A DNA stretch of 63,658 nt, filler included, from Phoronis australis (Eukaryota > Animalia > Phoronida): assembly GCA_002633005.1 (NCBI GenBank). It is 6 parts of 6 records of this genome, joined end to end, with 100 filler letters (N's around TTAATTAATTAA, not from the genome) between each part and the next. Parts side by side here need not be neighbours in the genome. Positions count along the whole stretch, not along the records: positions 11,528 to 35,908 come from NMRA01000808.1; 5 more parts are not named here. One strand, 5' to 3'. Every line of letters begins with the position of its first letter. Positions within the stretch are counted from its first letter, which is position 1. The position numbers and the translations under genes were made by a program. The notes under the pieces were generated by a model. It did not search any database, was not told the origin of the DNA, and saw only the letters and a list, made by a program, of their open reading frames with translations. Below, piece after piece: positions 12,572 through 23,757 of the stretch.

Positions 12572-13969
12572 CTAGATGACGAAATGGAAACAAAATCAGT
12601 TCCAACATTTTAGCAAATACATCACTTGTGTTTTGCCTGCATAAATCTATCACCTTGAGTCAAAGAAAAAATTACAAGAGCAAAGCAAAGCATTGAAATG
12701 TGCCCATGACTGAACTGCAAACGGTATGCTTCTAGGGGTGTTTAGTATTGTTGCAATCATGGCCACTAGGTGGTGCAAAATACATTGAACCATCGTCTCC
12801 CTAATACAAAGCCAGAAGCCAGAATTCCATGAAAATATGTTCAGGAACTCCAAAGATACAGAGGCAAATGCAAAAAACAATGAGGTAACGCGGTATTAGA
12901 TGGATTTGTCCGAAACAAGTTGTCATCAGTTGCAAATACACTTGTTACATAGATCCTGAAAAGACTTTAGGAAACAGGTGGTGGAGCAAAACATGTCCAA
13001 TCCATCCCAAAATAAAAAGGCGGTGTGTTGCCCTATTTCATGAAATTGTGACAAGAAACTGAAGATTACTTAGATAAAAAAACAAAAATTGTCACTAGAG
13101 GGTACAATGGTAGTCATATCCGTCCCAAAGCCCTCGACATCAATTGCCACACATAGAGAGAACCTCGAAAAGGTTAAAGGTTATGTAGGACCTTACTGAC
13201 AAGATTTTACATTTAGCCAAATATCTACAAAACTATAGATTTTAGCTCAACAAAAGTACATATTTTAGAAAGTAGAAATTTCGTAGAATTGAAGTTTTGA
13301 TTTTTTTCAATCTGCCACTAATTAGGTCACTGCTTTTTTGGGAAATTTTAGCAAAACAGAAAAGTACATTCATTACAAAACAACAAGATCAATAATACGA
13401 CCGAATGTCATATGATACAAATGTTCAAGATAAAATATCAATAATGCTGTTTAATTTTGTTTTCGTTGCAAGTTTAAAAACGTTTCATCAAATTATTTCA
13501 GTCATATCTTTTGCCCCTCAGGCAAAAGCGTAACAATTTAAAAAAATCCTAAATTCATTTCAGAGATCAGTGTATAAAACACAGCACCTGAATCCGATCG
13601 GCCATTTCTGACAGAAATGCGAAGTTCTGTTGACTACAATTGGACATTTCCCGAGAGTCTGACGTAACCTTAACGCGACACAAAAACAGAGACAATGGCA
13701 ATATGCATCCATACATGTATATGTGAATGCATAAAATGTGCTGACATTCAACCGATATGTTTCCCACATATTTAGATGGAAATTCTAATACAACTTCCCT
13801 AAAATAACACATGATTAAGTTAGCATGACAGTAAAAGATGGAAAAAGATCAACATGAAATAATTTAAAGTATAGTGTTTCAAATTATTGCATTGAAATTA
13901 CTGGTGCATCCTTATAGTGAAATTGACAATCAAAGGATTGAAAGCATGAAACAGTTGAACTAGGCTTAC

Positions 13970-14096
13970 CTTTTACATTAGGATTTATGTGTTTAGTAGC
14001 TATAGCAATTCCAGAAGACATACCACCCCCACTTATAGGCACAAGGATGGCATCAAGATCAGGAACTTGTTCCATCAACTCTAAACCAATAGTACC
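13970..14096 (-). CDS. SRR: Serine racemase coding exon 4 [42 protein letters not shown]
   Basis: PLP phosphate-binding glycine loop. Acceptor ttgcag, donor gtaagc. Confidence 0.93.
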
Positions 14097-15275
14097 CTGC
14101 AAGAATTGGCGATTTTGCTTCACAACCAAGAGAATTCAATGCAGATTAGAATTGTAACCAACAACGGTTATGAAAAAGAATATTAAATATAAACGATACT
14201 TGACAAAATAATGATAAGAACATATTAGCAAGAGGTTGAATAAGACGACATTAAATTTTAATAGATTTTTGAAAAAATTAAATTTTTTTCTGAACTGGTT
14301 AAATGATGAATAACCATAACTGCAAAATACGACATCAGCCACAACAGACTGTCAGCTTATGCACTTTAATGGATGTATTTCAAGGCCCTTTTACATGGAC
14401 AAAATTTGAATATGTGAGTGAATTTACTTTTCCACACGAAATTTGCATGTGTACATAAATTCACCACGTGTTCACAAGGTTTTCACGAATGCCGACACCT
14501 GCACCAACTACGCTCATTTTTCCAATGAACTGTTACCATGAGCAGACTGTATTTAGCCAGTAGATGGAGCCCTGCACATAGCTTATTCATTTAGCTATTA
14601 AAGGAAGCCTTGCGCACAGCTGAGTCATTGGGTTGATCTTGGAATTGTCACCGCAGAAAATTTGCAGAAATGGAGTGGTTACTGATGGGCATCATGTCAT
14701 GAAAGAAATATTTGGCAACGTACATAACGTAGTTCATTTTCACGTGATTGACTCCAAGGTACTATTGCACATAACAGTGATGAAATAGATCACAATGAGA
14801 CTTTTAAGCTGAACTTGACAACTTCCATTTGCAGGCGTGGGCATACAGTGGTTCATCACACTACAATTAACATATTTTAAGTTTGATAATTCTTTGAACT
14901 ATCCATAAATAAGATTGGCATCATTTTGCAAGCTTCATAAATCCTTAGATTCGATGGTTTGAGACATGTTGGAGGTTTCCCAAACTGCAGGAACTCACAT
15001 TTCAATTACTGCACCATATGTGACTCACAAAGTAGTTTAACAGGAAAATGTTCATTGCTTTGACTCCTAATAGGTTGGTCGTTGGTCAATGCCACCATAA
15101 TATTCTGCTCACAAGAAGTAGGATTTTCTTTCAGGGTAATATCACTGCATTGTTTTTCATTCAGTCAGCTTCCCCCATTATTGTGAACAGCGATGGAGTT
15201 TCTTTTTGGCTTCTCCAAAAGTTCTTTAGTGTTTTATTTTTCTTTCCATAGCTACATCAAGCTTGTTGTGAGTCA

Positions 15276-16030
15276 CTACTTAACAATATTACCTTTGTGT
15301 GCCAAGTAGTTTCTAGGACAAGAATGTGTGGTTGTGGAATTTTGCATTAAACCTGTCCAAGGGTTAGTTATCTAGTCAGTCATCCAATGTACAAACAATT
15401 CTCGTTAAGACTTTTTGAAATAAAACTTCTTCATACGTGCTACTGATCATTTGGTTCTGGAAATTATTTGCATTATGCAGGGCTTGGAATGACCAATGGC
15501 GAAAAAAACGCGGAAATTTTTACGGCCCGAAACATATGCGCCAGCCTTGAAAAAGCCGGTGTGGACCGATCAAAATCGAGAGAACTAAAAAAAAAAAAAA
15601 ATGGTACCACCTCCGGAAGCGTGCATCTGCGTCTGTCTTAGCTCGTCTGCCACTCCTCCCTCCCAACATTTTTTGAGTCGTAGTATTTGTCACCGCGGTT
15701 TACAATCACACGAGCCGCCATGCCGCCATTGAGGAAATCCACCATGCTATCCCAGATGCCCCGGCAATGTTGACAATTTACGTTCTTCCGAAACATAAAG
15801 AGCAACTTCCGCTTTTCGAGGTGAAAGNCTACTTAACAATATTACCTTTGTGTGCCAAGTAGTTTCTAGGGCAAGAATGTGTGGTTGTGGAATTTTGCAT
15901 TAAACCTGTCCAAGGGTTTGTTATCTAGTCAGTCATCCAATGTACAAACAATTCTCGTCAAGACTTTTTGAAATAAAACTTCTTCATACAAGCTACTGAT
16001 CATTTGGTTCTGGAAATTATTTGCACTATG
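15276..16030. repeat. 202-bp allele-like duplication (15276-15477 / 15829-16030) around the single N at 15828
   Basis: Near-identical copies; only the first is followed by a CAGGG-started insert. Confidence 0.85.
15478..15827. mobile_element. One end of a hAT-like element inserted in SRR intron 3
   Basis: Begins cagggcttgg exactly where the two duplicated copies diverge. CpG-rich compared with the surrounding intron. The other end is missing. Confidence 0.6.
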
Positions 16031-16046
16031 ATATGGATTAATTTTG

Positions 16047-16192
16047 CACATATTCAGTGTTTACTTATACTTTTGTATAAGTTCACTTTTGCACCACATA
16101 TTCAGTGTTTATTTATACTTTTGTATAAGTTCACTTTTGCAGCACATATTCAATGTTTATTTATACTTTTTTATAAGTTCACTTTTGCAGCA
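16047..16192. repeat. 48-bp tandem repeat x3
   Basis: cacatattcagtgtttatttatacttttgtataagttcacttttgca at 16047, 16095, 16143. Confidence 0.9.
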
Positions 16193-16853
16193 CCACACAT
16201 TTTACCATGTGTAGTTACGTTCACATCATACACACAAGCAAAATATGTGCAGTTCATTTACTTATGTGCAAATGAATTTAGATTAAGGTGACACAAAGAT
16301 TTCTTTTCAAAATCTTCTGAACACAACACATATATACTAAACATGTAGGATAAGATGAAAATTATTCATACTCTCATACACCTGTGCTGGGGTCATCTGC
16401 AAAATATGTGAAAAGGAAAACACCACAGGCACAGTCTTCTATTGAAATTCTCAAAATTTAAACTATTGTAAATAAATCTCATTAAATTTCAATGTATTCA
16501 AGGACTAAATTGGGAAGTGTACTTTAAATTGAAGACACAATTGTTAAATAACCGTCTCGCTAAAAATTACAATATAACTTGAAAAAAGTAAATTCTGCAA
16601 ATACTTTTTCACCTCAGTTGCATTTTTGCTTTTATCCATAGCACCTCACCCACATTCCAAACAATACAACGTTGATTAACACTTTGTTGGAACTTCAGCA
16701 CAATCCTCAATAAAAAATAAATTATCCTTAGTTTAACAAATTACAATTTGCTTCTGATTTTGTTGTATTTGAAATAAATTTATCAAAATAATGACTCCAA
16801 AGGAAATCTGTCATTTGCAAATTACCAAGTGTGTAACTACAAAATCTACTCAC

Positions 16854-16938
16854 CTGTCCAGCTATTACATCACAATTGTCATAGGGAGAAATAAAAGCCA
16901 TATCGTTATCTTTACATACTTTTCCACTTGCTTCGCGT
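16854..16938 (-). CDS. SRR: Serine racemase coding exon 3 (R)REASGKVCKDNDMAFISPYDNCDVIAGQ
   Basis: PYD..VIAGQ motif. Acceptor ttttcag, donor gtgagt. Phase 2 matches exon 2. Confidence 0.92.
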
Positions 16939-17339
16939 CTGAAAAAGTAAATTTTCCTGCAGATAGCCAAAACTCTACTTGGTATAACTGTTGTTTGAAA
17001 ATAATGCAGCAATGAAAAAATCCCCAGATTACGACACTGAAAAATTACCCATTTTGCTCACAGTCGGAGCTTGTACTAAATTTTAGAAACAGGCAATATA
17101 GAAGGTCTCAAATTGATGACTTACGATTAAGGTAGAGTCATTTACATCAATTTTACACATAATGGAGTTGTAATAGAACATTGCATCAGCGGCTTTTCCC
17201 AACAATTTTATGAATTACCAAATTTGTTTTGAGACTGTATTGATATAAAACACTATGTGTCCAATAATTGAGAAGTACGTATGATGAGCACCGAAATCAC
17301 CAAATTTTAAGAATCAAATTGGGGAATTGTTACCTTGGT

Positions 17340-17490
17340 CTTAGTAAAAGTGGGAAAAGTAGATCTAAGTAACCTAGTAAAACTTAGAACTAAGTAAACT
17401 AGTAAAACTTAGTAGATCTAAGTAAACTAGTAAAAGTGGGATCCAAGTAAACTAGTAAAATTAGATCCAAGTAAACCTAGTCAAACGTAG
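17340..17490. repeat. Degenerate short-unit repeat (aagtaaactagtaaaa-like)
   Basis: About five imperfect recurrences. Confidence 0.7.
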
Positions 17491-18344
17491 TCTGTAAAAT
17501 AAATAAGCGCTAAAAATTGGTTTTAAATTAGATCAGTCATAGACAGCAAGTGGTTATAAAAAATAGTGTAAAAATGATAAGAACAGTCTCTAGAATTTGG
17601 GACAAAGAAACTCCCGCAAAACTAGAATTTTCTTGATTCTGGAATTCGGGAGAAGGGCAATTTTGACATTCACCATATTTTTCAGGCAATGTTTTCAGTC
17701 TACAGAGTCAGTAATTTTGCCATCTTTCCAGTTATTCTTGAATTTGAGATAGCCAATGTTGCCTATTTCTAGAAATTAGACAAGATCCGACCTCGAGAAA
17801 AATAATTAAATTTTCATTTCTAAATTGGAGATGTTTTACCGTGTGTGTGATAAAATACTACTAGCCAAACTAGACTTTTTCATTTTACAAGGCTTCTAAC
17901 ATGGTTGCCATTGTGGACAACTTTTCATAACATTGTAGCGTGGCAGGCGTGGCATAGAATGATGAAGCATTAACTTGGCACAACTTATCTTTTATCAAAA
18001 AGTGAAAAAATAAAATTTCATTCGTCTGCCATAATGCATTTTAAATTGCTGAAATTTTACAGTACTCATCTGCATAAATAATGATGTAATTGAGTGGAAA
18101 ACAACTTTCAAAAATATGCTTTACAAAAACAAATATTATTATAACTCAAGAGATGGGATTTGGGTCTTTAAACATGCACATTACTTCAGAGCTTAATCTA
18201 ATTCAAACATTTAAAAATATACACCAAATTAAGTAAGTATGAATTTTTACATACATAAGAATTGCTCTGAAGGAACTGGTGGCTTCTTTACAATATGTTT
18301 TAACACTGGTGGAATCATGTGCTACTAGGTCTTTATTATAGTAC

Positions 18345-18550
18345 CTTGCTGTAGGGTTAGGCTCACAGAACACCACTTCAGCACCATATCCCCTGATAGC
18401 GTCCACTTTCACCGATGATGTATTGTTAGGCACCACCACAGTACACCGGACATCATTCTGCTGGGCTGACCACGCTAATGCTTGACCATGGTTACCACTG
18501 CTATCAGTAGCCACTCCTGCCTGTCTAGACAACTCCTTGAATTTGAGAAC
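18345..18550 (-). CDS. SRR: Serine racemase coding exon 2 VLKFKELSRQAGVATDSSGNHGQALAWSAQQ...EVVFCEPNPTA(R)
   Basis: SSGNHGQA motif with the Ser84-equivalent; K..AIRGYGAEVVFCEP. Acceptor attcag, donor gtacta. Confidence 0.94.
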
Positions 18551-19107
18551 CTGAATAATATATCAAAACATCTCTTTTACACAGTCAGATCTGTACTCTT
18601 TATCTACGACATTATATTTTATTCTTGAGTCCATGACAAAGCCTGTATTTACTGTAGTTAATATTAAGATTTCATCAATTAGGATACAGTGCTATTTACA
18701 TTGAAGTTGTTTTTCTTTTAGTATATATACAAAGTACAAATAACACCAAATTCTATACCACCATCAAGCAATGATCTAAAAAACTGTGGGTATCACAACA
18801 ACATGAAATTTTAACATGCTTACGGTACTGCAAAATAGCACTGAACCTTTGCACTACATGTTATGGCCAGAGAACAATAGCACTGAACCAATGCATTACA
18901 TGTTATGGCCAGAGAACAAAAGTTAATGCTTAACCTTTTGCCAAGATGAAAAGGATTCCATAACTGTGTACAATAGTCAAGGCCGACTGACTCAAATGTG
19001 ATAGTGAGATGACTAGCACTCCACATCATTAATGACCGTCTGTGACAAGCAAAATTTTACATGTAGTCAAAGACAATAAAGCCACAAAACGGTGACATGA
19101 TCCAATA

Positions 19108-19414
19108 CGACTTGTAGCCAGATGGGGATGGGGCATTTGACTTGTAGCCAGATGGTGATGGGGGTATGTGACTTGACGCCAGATGGGGATGGGGTATTTG
19201 ACTTGACGCCAGATGGGGATGGGGGTATTTGACTTGTAGCCAGATGGGGATGGGGTATTTGACTTGATACCAGATGGTGATGGGGTATTTGACTTGATAC
19301 CAGATGGTGATGGGGGTATTTGACTTGTTGTCAGATGGGGATGGGGTATTTGACTTGATGCCAGATGGGGATGGGGTGTTTGACTTGTAGCCAGAAGGTG
19401 ATGGGCTATTTGAC
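19108..19414. repeat. ~30-bp G-rich minisatellite, ~10 copies
   Basis: Unit tttgacttg(ta/at)gccagatggggatggggta; explains ORF 19029..19451. Confidence 0.95.
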
Positions 19415-19666
19415 GGACAGTGTTCAGCATTCCAGTATAGGCTTGATGCAATGGGATACTTTCTGTTTTTTATACATTCTTTACAACCAGGATGCAGGCA
19501 AATTGGTAGTTATTATTTAAATGATTCACAGAGTCCAATGTCTCAAAATGTCTGTGAATAAAAGAAATGGAGTTTCATACATGTCAACAGGGTTTGTTTT
19601 GCCTACCAAAATTATAAATTCAGTCAGAGTGAGTACTATGACCTCTCATAATGCTCGCATCAAACA

Positions 19667-19743
19667 ATTAAATGCTATTATCTGATTATCATACTGCTGT
19701 AAGTATTAAATGCTATTATCTGATTATCATACTGCTGTAAGTT
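19667..19743. repeat. 38-bp tandem duplication
   Basis: attaaatgctattatctgattatcatactgctgtaagt x2. Confidence 0.9.
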
Positions 19744-19786
19744 ATTTCCACATTCTTTTAGGTTTTGTTATGATTTGGCAGTGGAG

Positions 19787-19862
19787 GCAGTGTATGGAGA
19801 GTAGTCTAGTGGGATAAATGTCCGTTTCCTCAAAACTGTGGGTTCGAGTCCCACTGAGGCAC
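19787..19862 (+). mobile_element. tRNA-derived (SINE head-like) fragment
   Basis: A-box-like tagtctagtgg and B-box ggttcgagtcc inside a gtggg/cccac T-arm. No intact cloverleaf. Confidence 0.5.
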
Positions 19863-20144
19863 ACAGTAAGACGCTTGAATCACATCTCTAACTCCTCAGG
19901 TTGGTTTTGACTATATTAATAAAGCATAAAAATGGTTCCACGTGATCAGTGAACTGGGCCCACCTGAGTGGCCTGCACATGTCTGGTACAACATGTATCA
20001 AACTGCCTGCGATTATTTTTTATATGATTTGGCATACTGAAATAAATTATGTCTACTATAGAATGATAATCAACATCATGCATGGTAATCACTTGTTTCA
20101 TACAGTGACCTGGTATCAAAAATATCACTAATTTTTCAACTTAC

Positions 20145-20333
20145 GGCATTAACAGCACCTCTACTTTTGAATGAACCCGTCTTTTGCAAATTTTCAGCCT
20201 TAAAGAAAACTTCGCGACCACAAAGTTGATTAATTGTGCTGCAGGTAAATATAGGTGTGGGATTCAAATAAGCCCTGATTCTTTCAGAAGCTCTCTTTAT
20301 GTCCTGAAACCCAACTTTAACAGAAGCACTCAT
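20145..20333 (-). CDS. SRR: Serine racemase coding exon 1 MSASVKVGFQDIKRASERI...KAENLQKTGSFKSRGAVNA
   Basis: PLP-lysine motif QKTGSFKxRGA, TPIFTCS. ATG start, donor gtaagt, phase 0. Confidence 0.94.
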
Positions 20334-23205
20334 GGTTCAGTGGTAATTCAGTGGAAATTGCTCGTTTGTCTTTAAAGACTGGAGTAGGTCAAGAACCTGT
20401 GAGTTGACTCAGTTGACAGTTTCACAATCAGGACCAGTTCATTCCGAGTCAAATCCCCAAGCACCACTCGTTAACACCAGTCAGGGCGAGTCAGGCAGAG
20501 CCAGTCCAACACTCCACCAGCAGCGACCAGTTCGTGCCTGGTATCTGACCGCTATTCTAAGCAATCTAAGCTACGACGAAACTGATGCATTAAAAATATT
20601 CAATATTTGCCGCCGCAAGCTTATTTGAATGAAGAGAGAATCAACAAACAATAATTTCGTCCGGGGGAATCCCGGCCTCGTTTTCACTAAGTTGCTTCAC
20701 GGATGAAATAACCGTTGTGATTGGTTTGTAGCTGAAGAAGTGGCAATGACTCCTCAACATTTTATTTTTATAAATCCATTGATTGATGCCAAGAAATGTG
20801 AAATTCAGATATTGTATTTTATTTAATACAAATACAAACCGAGAGTTGCCTATCAGTTGATTTTATATTATTTTTTGGGATCGGTAAATCAGCCAATCAA
20901 GTGCAAGATAACATTTCGGTGTTTCTCCACGATCAGAGAAGTTCCAGATTTCAAAAGGCTGTGTGATTTTTGCCCGTCTGTGCTTAAAAAGTTTTACAGG
21001 AGTAAGTACGAAAGGCAAAAAAATCTAATTTTAGGTGAAAAGTGACACTTTAGCATACAAAAATTTGCATCGCACCTGTTTTCGATTTATTATTGAAGAA
21101 CTGATGCGTCATTGGAATTCTCGACGATCGAGTTGCGCCCAAGTAAAACCCAACTCTCGAGGCCAACATTAACAAAGCAGGAACAGCCAACCTACACTGC
21201 AGTGTTAGTTGTGGGAAATGTCAGTGCTGAAGATTGAACTTGAAACACGTGGTGTAAGGCAACTGATTCTAGAATGTTGGCAAATGCATACTTTGAAGTG
21301 TAAGCATTAGTCGTACAAAAAAACAATGTTGGGATGTTTACAAGCTGCTTGTAATACAAACAGCTAGTGAAATTATCCCTGTGTGACAAATAAAATGAAC
21401 AGAGGTATCAGTGGTCCATGACCTAAATTTCTGCTTTAGAACTAATGATTACGGCTTAGTTTAAGTTGTCAACATGTTGGAATTTGAGAATTCCTGCAAG
21501 TACACACGTTTTTCTTGATGAATCTTTTCTTCAAGTTCTCAACCCAAGAAATTCTTGATGATCGCTAATACTTAAGTGTTGTCTCATAACTGTTTTTCCT
21601 GTCATCTGTTTTTTTTCTCAAGAAATTCTTTGTTGTTTTAGCTACAGAATAAAGGTGCTTGGGATTTTACGTCGCTTGGTTGTCAAAAATTTGTAAAGAG
21701 CAGTCTAAATTAATCATGTTATAATGAATCATTTGCTTGAACATAACGTTCCATTCCACAAACCCCACTTTTTCTAATTAAGAAACAATATCCTTTTTAC
21801 ATTTTGTTTTCCACAAACACAGATACACCATTTTCATGCTTTACAACATCACAGCTTCTAGATATAAGTGGGTAAGTCACCTACATAATACTGAACAAAC
21901 ACACATGTGTCGTGTGTATTCCAATATATATTGTGCACTACCCAGGGATGCATATGACGTGCTGCATAGCTTAGGTTTGACTCGTGCAAGTTGCAGTCTT
22001 GCAACATGTTTATTATCAGCATTGTTCTTAACCAGTTGACAATTGTCATGTACAAGTCATGCGACAGGTCAAACAAAGTTGATGCCAAGCAGTCATCTGA
22101 GGTGATATGTTCATTTGAGGTGATATCCTGCGTGATATGTTCATTTGAGGTGATAGGTTTTTGAATTTTCTAATGGAAAAGATTTACACAAACTCCAGAG
22201 ATTTTTTCCAATTACAATGAGGAAGCAGCAATCTGACAAAAGATTATTTTTGCAGTTTCTCCAATTTAGGGTTTATTGCAAAGTCTTGCAAAAGGGTTAA
22301 TATATATAGTGAAATAACTGGCCAAAGTCATCGTACAAATGTGTTGGCTATTGAGAAACTGTCTGCACTTGTCTCAGTGTTTGAAGCAGATGGCCTCTGG
22401 AATCGTGTACATATTGGGTGAGATTAAAATTTTTACTTGAGTAAGATGATGTCTGAACTAAGCTACCAAAAGTATTTCTAGGATTATAACAAATTATTTC
22501 ATACAGATTTCAGTTTTTATTTTGATTGAAGTCTTTTTTAGAATTATCTAGGTGCTCTTGCTTTTCATTTTGAAATGTTTGACCTGAATTTTGTGGTTTA
22601 GGCTGTGCCCTGATCTGTCTATGTATCAGCTGTTATATTGGAAGAAAGGTGAATGTTATGCTTTGACATGAAATGTAACACTACACACATAAACTGTGAA
22701 CAAATTTATAACAAGGCTTGCTGCCCAAGCCCTGTTTCAAAATATGTTGAATGCCTGTGTTGATCAGGAAATGATGAATCCTGTTGATTTTTGGCAAAGG
22801 CTTCCTGAAATAGAGATCCAATTACTTTAATTATAGCATTAGAACCCAACGATAAACTTAAAAGTCTTACTTACATATCGAGAAGATTTTCGACACTGGA
22901 TGTTGTTGTTTTCCTCAAAGTCTGCATCTACTTCTCGTTATGGAATCTCATTGCCCTCGCATGCTGAATATTGTACATGTATTGGCCACTATGGTTAGTT
23001 GTTTCATGTTCTCATGTTTCCAAAAGTCACTAAACCTCCTGTTCCAAATATAAGAGTTCCTTGCATTTGCTCTTCCAAAGCCATTTAGTGTTCTTATCCT
23101 TTGTTCGCATTAAATTCTGTTATAATATTGGCTTCAATAAGTGGATTAAGAAAATTGAAAAATACATAATAGAAGAAGTGTGCTGGTTTGGTAATAGAGA
23201 CATGA

Positions 23206-23416
23206 AGGTGGGTTCGTGGAGGACTGATAAGTATTTCTTCAGTCCAATCTCATCAGGTCTTGAGACAGGTCTAGAGACATGTAGGTGGGTTCATGGAGGA
23301 CTGATGAGTATTTCTTCAGTCCAATCTCATCAGGTCTTGAGACAGGTCTAGAGACAGGGAGGTGGGTTCATGGAGGACTGATGAGTATTTCTTCAGTCCA
23401 ATCTCATCAGGTCTTG
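23206..23416. repeat. 77-bp tandem repeat, ~2.7 copies
   Basis: aggtgggttc.tggaggactgat.agtatttcttcagtccaatctcatcaggtcttg at 23206, 23283, 23360. Confidence 0.92.
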
Positions 23417-23667
23417 CCTACAGCTTCATCACATACATGCAAGTTTTCTGTCAGCAAAATTTGTCTACATTGGCCTCACCAACAATCAAGTTGGTTCCAG
23501 AAACTCATAGTGTCCTTTAGTTTTTGGAATTCAGATGACTTGCTCCTAGTTTACTAAAGCCGTACAAAGCTATTTTTCGTTAGCACAAGAAAAATCTTGA
23601 TTAATGTGACCTGCTTTATTTCAGTTCATTTCATTGAACACATGGGTTAACCAAAGAAACGGTTACC

Positions 23668-23757
23668 ATGGACAACAAGTCTGCTCCAAGTAACAGGAAA
23701 ATATTGAGGTCGTCGTCTGCAAAACGAAGAACGAAAACCATTCCTATCGCAGACAAG
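23668..23757 (+). CDS. Candidate first coding exon of an unidentified gene: MDNKSAPSNRKILRSSSAKRRTKTIPIADK
   Basis: Acceptor tttatttcag (exon start 23625), Kozak accATGG, donor AAG|gtaggt. No recognisable domain and no downstream exon identified. Confidence 0.4.

Noticed and set aside
19029-19451. 140-aa Pro/His-rich ORF (also 833..1060 and 37009..37223)
   Set aside because: These are translations of minisatellite, triplet or CA repeats.
19787-19862. Functional tRNA gene
   Set aside because: Only the A/B boxes and T-arm are recognisable, with no proper acceptor or anticodon stems. A weaker relic at ~50780-50848 is rejected likewise.
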